DNA of 64,000 nt from assembly GCA_964016885.1 (NCBI GenBank), contig OZ024740.1, positions 192,758,001 through 192,822,000 on the forward strand. The letters are read 5' to 3'. Positions 10,581-21,956 of this stretch are shown here, piece after piece. Every line of letters starts with the position of its first letter. Within the stretch, counting starts at the first letter, position 1. The notes under the pieces were generated by a model that did not search any database, was not told where the DNA came from, and saw only the letters and a program-made list of their open reading frames with translations. The DNA comes from Eledone cirrhosa (taxonomy: Eukaryota). The translations under genes were made by a program, and so were the position numbers.

Positions 10581-13500
10581 AGATGATGTATGACATACCC
10601 TGACATAGTAGATGGTTAAGATTCAGTCATGGCATTGAGTAATATATGACAAAACTCAATATATATATATACCTTAATATTGAGAACATGAGAAAAATAT
10701 ATAATACATACAATAATGAGGGTGCGTGTGAGACAGCTTAAAAAATACTTGGCATCAATATAACTGTTAAACAAATTGGAATTACTGATGAAAGAGGAAA
10801 GAAAGGAAAGCATAGAGTTAGAAACAGCTGATGGGATAATATAGTTAGTACAGGCCTCGAAAAACAAAAGATAGTTGATTACAGAGAGAGAATCAAAGAG
10901 GAATAACTTATGTTCAAGTTTTTAGACAATTATCCATATATACAATATATATCTAAACTTATTTGGTTGACCGTTAATATAACAAAATATTTCATTTAAG
11001 TTAGTTCAGAGTTATGAATAATATTTTAGGTTTTAAAAGTTAATAGGTATCTGTATTAATATTAAAGTATACTATCAACTTTAATTTCTAAAATCAAACT
11101 TTATGAAATAAAATTTAAAGGAATTACAAACATGAGAAAGAAAGCATAAAGTTTTTACAACCTCACGAAGGTAAATGTTACCAAAATTATTTATAATATT
11201 GACAACAGTTTATATAATATAATTTAGAAAATAATTACAGTTATAATTTTTAAAGAATTTATGATTAACAATTTGAGTGCCTAAAAATCAACAGGCCTTA
11301 TAATTAAACTTAAAGAGGTCTGAATTTTAAATTACATATATGTGTTTATTAAAAAAATACACGAAGATTATATTGTCTAAAGACTTAAGATGATACCTTT
11401 CAAATATACATAAGATAATACAATATAGTAAATACGTTACTGAAAATATTGTTAAAAATTAATGTTTTAGATCAATTATTGTAAAAGGATCATTTAATAG
11501 ATATATACTATAAATATATACGTCAAAACTACATGAGTCCTAAGGATAAGGGCTAAATACAAAATAAAAAATAAAACGTAAAAAAATAATGAATTGTTTG
11601 CGAAACATAAAAAAGCCCAATATTAAAAATATAGTTTAAAATGCAAGAGGGTTTTAATATATAGTAGACAAAAGAACTTCTAAAATGTCCAGCGAATGTG
11701 ATAGAAAAAGGAGCTAAATATTTGAAAAAGCCGAAGGTAATCTAAATTTAATTAAAATAAAGTAAATTAAATTAAATTAAGTAATAATCATTATATAATT
11801 TCGAACATCAATGGAATATCTAACACGTATAACAATAGAGAGTCATTTGAGTATCTAAATTACTTATAAATGTAGCTACGAGCATGTTATTACACTAGAT
11901 AAACATATTTGTACAACTATATAGAGAGTATTATAGGTATTAGTGAAACGATATACATATAATAAATAGATAATTATTATCATTATTAGTAATGCTATAA
12001 TTGTAGTTTTACGTCCAGTTCAGTGGAAAGAGAGACCAATATTTGTCGACTAGTATGGTTTGTTATATTTATACCTAGATATATATAAAAAAATATATAT
12101 GTGTAAATCTATCTTTCTGAGTCCCAAAACATATCCAAATTGAGTAAAATATATAAATGCATGAATGATCTACGGTTCAATTATAACCGGTAATCTCACA
12201 AGTTAAATATCCAAATTATATATTTAAAACAGAGCCAAATATATAAAAATCCGAATCTCAATTATAAATATCTAAAATAATTCAAAGGTGTGCATATTTA
12301 TCAAGAGAATAAGTTTACAAATAATATGTTTATATACCTAAACAGGATCCTTCATTCTAACATTAATTCTATCATAAATGATTAGAAAATAAAGTATTAT
12401 TAAAGTTTTATAAACTGTTATAACGTTTTAGGTCCAACAGTTGATAAGAGACGTCAGAAATTAAAACCTGTTTGTTTAGTGTTTTTTTTCTGACTTTTTT
12501 CGAGGCTTGGGATGTAGACAAAGCATTATGAAGGCAGTTTGAGAATAATTCACTTTTTTTGTTAATTAAGTTTCCATAATTAGTAATTATTAATAGGGTC
12601 TCCTTCGTGAAGAGGTTGCAGTTAGTTGATATAGACGAGTTCGAGTAGATTCTACTATTACAAAGCTTCGTCCAAAAAATCGAGTATTTAAAATGTTTAT
12701 CTTTTAATGACCATATAAGTTGTAATAAAGAACTCGAAGATTTCCTATTAAAATTCGAAAACGAGCTTTTGTGATTCGCAAATCTCGATTTAAATGTCGA
12801 AGAAGTTGCCCCTATGCAGTTGTATGTGTTGTTATTTGTTTTTACGGGGCATTTATACACTAAATTTCTATCCAGACAATTATTTTGCAGAGGGCAATCT
12901 GGTTTATTTTTACAATTACATTTCGATTTATTATTATTTATACTAACACTATTATTAACATCATTATGCTGATTTTGGTTTAGAATTCTACTATTTAGTT
13001 TAGCGATGTTCTGGACCATATTCATAGTTGTAGAATAAGAAAGCTTAATTGTGTGTCTATTAAATATGGAACAGTATTTATGTTGACTAGGGAAGGAATT
13101 ATCTAAAGCCTTAAAGAATAGATTAGCTAGTGGTGTACTTACTGCTAAAGAAGCAGGGGGGGGGAACCATATAACTGATTTAGTTCTGGTTCTTTTCCCC
13201 GATTTAATCACAGTACAGGTGTTTGACTTATAATTTTTAGAATTTCGTTTATAATGCCAGTCATATTATTATTATATTTATCAGGATTAAGATTCGAAAT
13301 ATTATTGTCTATATATTCTATATTATTTTTATAACCTGCCTTTCTTAGCGCATCATTGTAATATCCTGCTTTTTCATCAAACATTGATTTATTGGCAGGT
13401 ATTCTAGTTATGCGTTTCTGTACACTATTGACAATTGTATTTTTCACAGATTTAGGGTGATTAGAGTAATAACTAACATAATTTAAGTTTTCATTGGGCT

Positions 13501-13899
13501 TATGGAAAGGGTAATAAAAACCAGAGTTTAAGTTAAGTGTAACATCAAGGAAATTAACTATTTTGGTACCACTTTCTACCTATAGTTTAAGGTCGTAATT
13601 TTTAAAGAATTCAGTTATATTTTGTTTTTCGAGGCCCCTATATTATCCCATCAGCTGTTTCTTCCTCTATGCTTTCCTTTCTTTCCTCTTTCTTCAGAAA
13701 TTCAAATTTTTTTAACAGTTATATTGATGCCAAGTATTTTTTAAGCTGTCTCACACGCACCCTCTCTATTGTATGTATTATATATTTTTCTCATGTTCTC
13801 AATATTAAGGTATATAAATATTGAGTTGTGTCATATATTACTCACTACCATGACTGAATCTTAACCGTCTGCTATGTCAGGGTATGGCATACATCATAT

Positions 13900-13966
13900 T
13901 ACTTTATCTGATGAGGACGTACTGTTGAAGTTAATTCAGTACCTCTGAAATATGTATAATGAAATA
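13900..13966 (+). ncRNA. Minimal type-I hammerhead (inverted pLTR copy)
   Basis: Same motif as 10514-10580, with two stem I changes. Confidence 0.8.
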
Positions 13967-14122
13967 TACTTAATCACAAAAATATCTATTTTGTTAATAT
14001 TTTGAATTAAAATTAATAACTCTGGAAAACCATAACTGTTGAGTGCTTCCAATCTATTGTAAACTCATTATTTGATTTGTTCATTGAACCTTGTTTAACT
14101 TTTAAATATATTTATATATTTA

Positions 14123-14913
14123 TATATCATAAATCATGTCCATAGAATCATTAGATAAAATATATACACTATTTCCTCTCCCAATTAGCATAATTAATCA
14201 CATAAAAAATCAATTGAACCAGGCTATAATAGTAAAGGCTCCTACGAAGATATATTTGATAAATAACCGAAGCAGCCTCTTCGCGGCTGACCGCAATAGA
14301 GTATGTATCCAACATTTCAACAGCATGTAGAAATTGACTAAATATACCATACACAATTAGGTATAAATTTAAAGTTAGAAGAAATGCGTACATTCTTACC
14401 GTAATTATATCCCTACCATGGTTTCGTTCGTATTTTGAGATCTCCTATTATGGATAAATCTCGAGTATCGAACTCATCAGGAGACAAACTCAATAGGACA
14501 GCGATCTCCGCCAGAAATAGTTTTAAAAAATGGCAAAGAATCGTGACGTGGCAGCGGTCAAGTTGGAAAGAATGCGATTAGTTGCTTACGACGAGTAGGC
14601 TGGTTGCTATAAAGCGCAGCCCAATATCGCCCAAATTGCAGCTCAATCCAACGGGAGATTATTAAATATAAAGATTTACATATACACAAAGTCACAGATA
14701 TATATGTGGCAACCGCTCACGGTGTGGCTCAATGAAGAATTAATAAATTAAATAATCAGTGCAATATATCATAAATCATGTCCATAGAATCATTAGATAA
14801 AATATATACACTATTTCCTCTCCCAATTAGCATAATTAACCACATAAAAAAATCAATTAGACCAGGTTATAAGAGTAAAGGCTCCTATGAAAAATATTTG
14901 ATAAATAACCGAA
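14123..14913 (-). mobile_element. ORF-less HHR element: 642-bp unit with about 150-bp terminal direct repeat
   Basis: 14123-14271 is repeated at 14765-14913 (period 642), with one internal HHR. Confidence 0.75.
14408..14486 (-). ncRNA. Type-I hammerhead ribozyme
   Basis: UGUCUC-CUGAUGA-GUUCG...CGAAC-GAAAC-CAUG-GUA|GGGAUA. Confidence 0.85.
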
Positions 14914-14919
14914 ATTTAT

Positions 14920-14965
<46 letters not shown>

Positions 14966-14968
14966 GTT

Positions 14969-15028
<60 letters not shown>

Positions 15029-15032
<4 letters not shown>

Positions 15033-15269
15033 AGTAAGTATGTTTTGAAACAGTGAGCGAGTTTGAAATTAGAAAATATATAGCTTTCACCGTATTTTTA
15101 ACTAAAGGAATTTTAGCTTGATAACGGGGTTTAGAACCCTCAGATAAATGGAAACAGATGAGTATTGACGTAGATGTACGTCAATATTCATCTTTTCCCA
15201 TTTATCTGAGGGTTCTAAACCCCGTTATCAAGCTAAAATTCCTTTAGTTAAAAATACGGTGAAGGCTAT

Positions 15270-15282
<13 letters not shown>
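15029..15282. repeat. Near-perfect palindrome (about 105-bp arms) in (TA)n; same family as 57760-57992
   Basis: Arms 15069-15172 and 15177-15281, preceded by ATCAAGTAAGTATGTTTTGAAA. Confidence 0.9.
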
Positions 15283-15302
<20 letters not shown>

Positions 15303-15699
15303 CAGTAACCAATCTTAAAGAGAGAGGTGGAGATAGGAAAGGAGAGATTGGTGAATTAGTTAGAAGCCAAAGCGTAAAGGCATGTGTTCAATGTACAATA
15401 TGGAGTGGAAGGCAGCTAGGTGGCTGGGTTCATGCAGAGGTTAAGTGCACAGAGCTGGAAATATTCATTAGTTAAGCAAAACAAGACCACAAATTTCACA
15501 AGGAAGACATTATTAATAGATTGTCAACATATTTTAGTTTGATGTAAGGAATGTAGAGAATAATAATAATAATATTATTATTAATAATAATAATAATAAT
15601 AACAATAATAATAATAATGATTTCTTTATTGGCCACAAGGGCTGACATCAAGAAAAACATTACAGACGGCGCAGGACGGTACAGAACGGTACGATGTGG

Positions 15700-15792
15700 G
15701 TTTTGTGCTTGCAAATATTTGGGTCGATAAAATAAAGTACCAGTAATGCACTGGGTAATTGCTGGCCTTGTGCCTAAAGTAGAAACAATTAT
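15700..15792 (+). mobile_element. Truncated family-A SINE inside the LINE 3' UTR
   Basis: GGGTCGATAAAATAAAGTACCAG...GCCTAAAGTAGAAACAATTATT. Confidence 0.75.
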
Positions 15793-15899
15793 TTATATAA
15801 GAAAAGAAAAAAAAAGGACATAGAAACATATATGTATATAAACAATAAAAATGAAAATTGAAACAATGAAAAATTCCCCAATAGGGGGAAACCTCCGAG

Positions 15900-18800
15900 G
15901 GTTACTCGTGGCGAAAAACACACAAAAGGCCACGGCCACCCTGACCACCAGGGCAAGCGCCCTGTCTCAATTTTTCCATCTCTCAAACTACAGACGTATA
16001 TTCAGAGCGGTCCCGTTATCTCGGACCATCCTCGCTACATTCACCCACCTTTCAACAAACTTGCTAGAAGGCAGCACTTGCCTGTCCAGCCTGATTTACC
16101 TCTTCAACTGAAACTTGAAAAAGTTAATTAGGGATTCGCCGAAGAGGAAAGTGTCTGTCTTTAACCATTTCAACCTTGACCACTACACAACCTCTTCGCC
16201 ATGGCGACCAGGCAGGTGAAAACCGCCTGCCCTTTCTCCTCGAAGGAAGACGGCGAGATCATCTGCACAATGGACTCAGTCGATAACCGGATCAGTCCTA
16301 CACGCGATAGCAACTGTTCGACATAGCTCCACAAGTCAGCAATACTCGGGCACTGAACGAGTGCGTGCAAGACGGTTTCGTCGCTCTGCGCGCATCTCGG
16401 ACAGGCTCGGCTGATTGCACTTCCGTGCCTGTAAATCTTATCTCGAACCGGCAGCGCTCCCCGGTAGCACTGCCAACCCAGGGATTTTTGGAAGTTATCC
16501 ATAGGCACTGGGTTTGAAAGTTCTCCGGAAGAGAGCAAACAGCTGATCTTCTTCGACGCCCAGGATCTCTCCAATTACGTCGTCGCTCTCCCCCTCGACT
16601 AGTCCTCTGTAGAACGCTGAGGGGGATGTTTCACCGATACTAGTGCCCAGCTGGAGCAAAGGGCCGTGAGCGCCTGGAGACATTCCACTTTCCAAGCGCT
16701 ATCCCTCGGTATTTTTTTGACCCAGGACTGCAGCTCCGTCAAGGAGACGAGCTGTCGGAAAACTTGCCAATGAACGGCGACCACACCCGTTCACCGTCAA
16801 GGAAGCATGTTTGCGCATTATCATCCATGGCATGCCCAGTCCACCACGCAACGGGTGTTGACAGCAGATGGATCGTCTGACCATGGGAGCGCGTCCCTTC
16901 CACAAAAAGCGGAAGAGGAGGCGCTCCATTTTGGTGAGAGTTGAGCCGGGCAAGGGACGACGGTGAGGCGGCAGCAGATGACGGATGTGATGAACGCATT
17001 CGCCACCTCCGCCCGGCCTTTCAGAGACAGCTTCCTCTCGGCCCATTTCTGGGTGAGGGAGGCCACCCTGCTCGTCACCGCGTTCCAGTTTTTCTCCATC
17101 TGGAGGTCCGGTCCGAACCAGACCCCGAGCAATTTAATCGTTCCGTCCGTCTAACGCCCCACGACTCTGTCGGACGGCATGGACTTGCCTCTCCAGGTGC
17201 CGAGCTGCAAGCCCACCGACTTTTACTGGTTTATCTTTGCCGCTGTCACCGCTTCGTATTCCTTGAGAGCCGTGCCGAGCATCTGGACGTGTCTGCTGCT
17301 CGACAGCACCATATTGAAGTCGTCGGCGTATGTCGACTCGGATTTCCCGCATGCTAGTTAGCGTGGGACGCCCCTCATCGCCCCCAGTTTGTGCAGTAAC
17401 GGCTCGAGAGCCAACACGTACGAGAGGGGCGAGAGGGGACAACCCTGGCGGACTGAGCGCATGATGCTGAACGGCTGCGACAGGTAACCGTTTGCCCTCA
17501 CAACTGAGCAGATGTCGCTGTACATCGCTGCGATCCAACCCCTGAAAACGGGCCCGAAACCGGCTGCCTCGAGGACCAACGCCAGGTACCGATGGTCGAT
17601 TCTATCGAATGCTTTGGATTGATCCAACTTGATCAGGGCCCCACCCGTGCCAAGTTCCTTAACCACCCTCTCTATGATGTATCGCATGAGGTGGAGGTTG
17701 TCGTGTATGGATCTGTCCGGAATGGCGCATGTCTGCGCCTTTCCCAACAGACCCTTGACGATAAGCGCCAACCTCCTTGCTAACACCATGGCCATAATCT
17801 TGAACTCTGCGTTTAACAGAGTTATGGGCCTGAATTATCGATAACATCCCCCTTGTTCGGGTCTTTTCTCAGAACCGACACTGCTCCCCGGCTCACAAAA
17901 TTGCGAATGCACCCATTCTGCTGGCAGTTGCAATAGACGTCTGCATAAAGCTCGTAGGGCAGACCATCCAAACCTGGCGATTTACCCCTCGTGCACTTAG
18001 CCATCGCTTCCCGTATTTCACCGTCTGTTATTGACTTTTCGCAACACTGTGCTGCGGTCATCGAGAGCCAATGCAGTCCGTCGAGGTGTGCACGTCGAGG
18101 TGTCCATGCCCGATCCGAGCCGCCTCTGCTCTCGAACAGTTCAGCAAAGTGCTGCTGAAAAGCTTCACACATCCGCTCGGTTTCAAGCATCACGCACCCG
18201 TTTTGGTCAGACAAAGACCAAATTGTGGCTGTTTTGCCACGTCGCGCTTCTGCCACCCGGGCCCATTGGACGGCTTTTGTCCCCTCGTGTTTCAGAGCCC
18301 GCGCTCTTGCTCTGACAACGCAGCCTTCGTGTTTTGCGTTGAAGAATTGGTCGAGTACCAATCTCGCCGCAAGCACGTCGGTTGCGATGTCTGTCCTAAA
18401 CGCCTCTTCTAGCTTTCTAACTAGCTCTCCCTCTACTCTATTTTCCTCTATCACTACTCCTTTACTAAACCTAATCGACTCTACTTTAATTGCCCTTTTC
18501 AGGGCGAACCACCACCTGTTGATGACGACCGCTCCCGTCAACGCCCGCTTAACTAATACGCTAATTCGGTCTCTGTAGGCTTTGCGCGCCGGGAAAGACG
18601 CGTTCAGCTTCCAGTAACCAGGCCCTTGTCTATGAAGTCTGTCTATTTCGCTCTCACAGATCACAAATTCGTGGTGGTGTAGTCGATATTTTAAATTGTT
18701 GACAACTAAAACTAGCCTTATCTAGTTCTCTGCAGAATACTCTATCGAGATACGATCTGGATGACACGATGCGATTTGTCCATGTCCACATTGGCACATT

Positions 18801-19340
18801 CGGGTGATCCAGTCGATACCTGTCAGACAGTTCAAAACGTCTGAGTAGGTTTGTGAGGCTCTTGCACCGTCCTCCCCTATCCACTAGCCCCACACAATCC
18901 CAGCGTGCATCCACGATACCGTTCCAGTCGTCCACTAACACTAAAGAGCGGGACGTTCCAAGAAAGGTCTCTAGACGTCTGAAGAAATCTGGTCGTCCTG
19001 CCCCTGTTGGGGCGTAGGCGGCTACTCCCCTGAAAGCATTGTCTTCGCTGCCGGTCACGTCCAGCACCACCGACTTACCTTCTGGGTCTAGGAAGATGGC
19101 ATGTATGGCGAGAGCCACACCTCTCCGAAAAAGGACGGCAACCCCTCCCCCCGTTCCTGGACGGCTGGGAGATGCGTATACATCGTAGCCGCCGAAGATC
19201 GCTGCGAAGGCTTGTGCTTCGGAGATTCTGGTGTCACTGATGGCCACCACATCTATGTTTAGTTCGTTGAGCAGGTGACCCTGCTTCCAAGATGAGCCCA
19301 GGTCACGTGCATTTATACTTCCTTTTCTGAGTACGGCCAT
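15900..19340 (-). pseudogene. Tx1-like ORF2 (APE endonuclease, RT, zf-RVT)
   Basis: Motifs SINARDL, VAAYAP, YLDRVF, GPGYWKLN, KSPGLDGLP, LDQSKAFD, VRQGCPLSP, YADD (near 17320-17331) and CPRC...ETVLHALVQC, with many frameshifts. Confidence 0.92.
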
Positions 19341-19550
19341 GTTGGATGAGAAACGGAGCAAGTGAGAAAGGGTCACTTAGCTTGATCATGTGGTCAAGGG
19401 ACCGTAGAACCGTCCCTTTCGCTGTCATGGGTGTTTCCAAGAGGATGTCAGTGTATATCCTCTTGGTAACCGACCCGCTGAAATCTCCAACTGCGTTGGG
19501 GAATTTTTATTTTAAAGGTTTGTACTGTTCTATTGAGATTTCAATGATGC

Positions 19551-21457
19551 TTATGTTTGTTGGGAGAGTTCTTGGTCTTGGTGGACTAGTAGTTTTTTTC
19601 TGTGATGTCTGTGTGCTGCTTTATATATTGTATGAGTTCTTTTTTTGCCATGTTTATGGCTGTGTACTTTTTGGGGGGAGGGGTGATTTTGTTGCTGTTT
19701 TCTTATTGTTGCTGTTTGGTGTGTGTGTTTTGTTTTGTTTGCGTTGTTGGTATGTTTAGTGATGCTGATGATGGTGTGGTTGTTGTTGTCAGTAGTTCTT
19801 GTGGTGGTGTTGCTGCAAGTTTCCTGGTTGCCTTTACCCCTCTTTGTATGCCTTCGCTTTTGGAGGGTGAATCTAAGGGTTTTTTTTTTTCTTCTTTGTG
19901 GCAGACCGTTTGCCACTTCACTCCCGCCTCAAACTCCATGTCGGATTCCGTGGCGTCTGGGAGGAGTATGTTCTCCACGGCTGTTGGTGGTGGTAGTAGC
20001 GCCCTCTTCGGAAATTGTGTTGCTGGTGTAGCTACTTCAAATGTAGCTATTGGTGTGTCGTCACTGATACTGCTGCTTTAGTTGTCCATGGCCTTGGTAC
20101 GGGTGCCACGGACGTTGCCCTGCTACTCACCGTGGAAGGGGCTTCTGCGTGTGTAGCCTGCCCTGCTCTTGGTAGCAGCGGACCAGGTATTGGAAGGAGA
20201 GGGCCCTCTTCTTCGCTGTCTTCTGCGGGCAAAAGGCCCTGAGGTGACCCTTCGACCCACAGAGGTAACATTTTTGCCGTCTTCCTTCTACGCTTATAAG
20301 GAGTTGGAGTCCTTCCTCGATGTCTATGATATCGGGGATAGCGTCGATACATTCCTGGTCAGTTTGAATAAACATTTGCATGCATATAAGTGACCATTTC
20401 TTTCTCCCTATTTTCTCTACTTGCAGCATGGTCATCCTGTCCTCGATTCCAGCAAGGACAGAGGCGGCTAGCCAAGGTATGGGGACGTCGGGTGGGACCT
20501 GGGTCACTTTGACCCTCACAATTTTCTGCCCGTAGTAGGAGGGCACCAAGACTATCTCCTCACTCTTTAGGGTTTCCAAAGAGTGAGACTCTTTTACCTG
20601 CGAGTGGCAAAAAGTACGTCTACTGTGGCATACTTTCTGCCTCGGGTGAAGTGGGTTTTACGTGCCCAGACGCACACCAAGGCCTTTTGCATTTGAGCCT
20701 CCGTGGCTCTCTCCACACGATGTGAGATTTTGCTTACGGTGCGGTAAGTCACCGTCCGTAGCTGCTGGTCCTTGAAAAAATCGGGTGGAGGTTTCAGGGA
20801 GATTCTATTGGTGCTTCTTGTCACCATAGCCTTTGCGACTGCCATCTCCTCCTCTGTGACTAACACTGTCTCGATATTTCGGGCGACATCTGCAAAAGAA
20901 GTGGTCCCTTTTTCAGCAGCACCACTATTGCTGCCGCTACTGGTCTTACTGGTAGTGCTGAGATCGCTATTACAGGTATCTGTGTCATTGTTGTTGTTTT
21001 CGTTGGTACAGTTGTTGGTATTCTTGTTGTTGTTTTCCTTGATACTGTTGCTGTTGTTACTCTTATTGTGGCTGTTGTTATTATTGTAGTTTTTGTTGAT
21101 ACTGTTCCTACTATTATTGTTGTTGTGGCTGTTGTTATTGTCATTGTAATTGTCGTTCTCGACCTTACCGCTGTTATCTTTGTTATTGTCGTTCTCGACT
21201 TTACCGCTGTTATTTTTGTTGTTGCTGTTGTTATTGATGGTGTTGATGTTGGTGTTGTTGTTGGTGTTATTGTTGGTGTTGTTTCTGTTAGAAATATTTG
21301 TTAATTTTAAAGCTGTAACAATCTTCTTTTCCTTTGTAATATTTTCGTTTATATTTACGTCCGCTGGAATAGTGTCTTGTTGACATGCTGATAAAGTCTT
21401 CCTCTCTCTGTGTTGTCTGACAGCGCTCTCTCTGTTTCTTGTGTTATCCATGTTCAA
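19551..21457 (-). pseudogene. Tx1-like ORF1 with Asn-rich N-terminus and zinc knuckle
   Basis: ORFs 20594-21457 (poly-N, SFADVA) and 20127-20579 (CYLCGSKGHLRAFC), followed by a low-complexity tail with WQTV. Confidence 0.85.
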
Positions 21458-21807
21458 ATTTGTTTTTTCAAAAAGTATTTTTACACAAATACGACACCCC
21501 GTAAAGGGGTGCCGTATTATTTACGAGTGAACCCCTGTATTAGGTGGGTCACTTCTTCTAAACTTTTATCAAATTTAGAACTTGAATAAAAGGTTTAGAA
21601 CGGTTGGAAACGAGGTAAAACGTTGAAAAAAACTCTAAGCGATAAGAAGCGTGGCTTCACCAACAATAATAATAATAATTATTATTATTATTATTATTAA
21701 TATTATTATTATTATTCTCTACATTCCTTACATCAAACTAAAATATGTTGACAATCTTTTAATTATGTCTTGCTTGTGAAATGTGTGGTCTTGTTTTGCT
21801 TAACTAA

Positions 21808-21886
<79 letters not shown>

Positions 21887-21956
21887 GATCCTTTAAATGA
21901 GTATCTGCGGTTTACGTTCTTAAAGTAGTTATAATATATATATATATATATATATT

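Larger units (their letters stand above)
10466..14120 (-). mobile_element. 5'-truncated PLE (CxC linker type) with inverted pseudo-LTR
   Basis: ORFs 13208-13447 and 12408-13211 (CNCKNKPDCPLQNNC, LVYKC...CIGAT). About 10470-10880 is inverted at about 13650-14010. Confidence 0.88.
15619..21661 (-). mobile_element. Full-length L1/Tx1-clade LINE (degenerate)
   Basis: ORF1 has a CCHC knuckle; ORF2 has APE, RT and zf-RVT. The 18-bp TSD AACAATAATAATAATAAT lies at 15601-15618 and 21662-21679. Confidence 0.93.
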
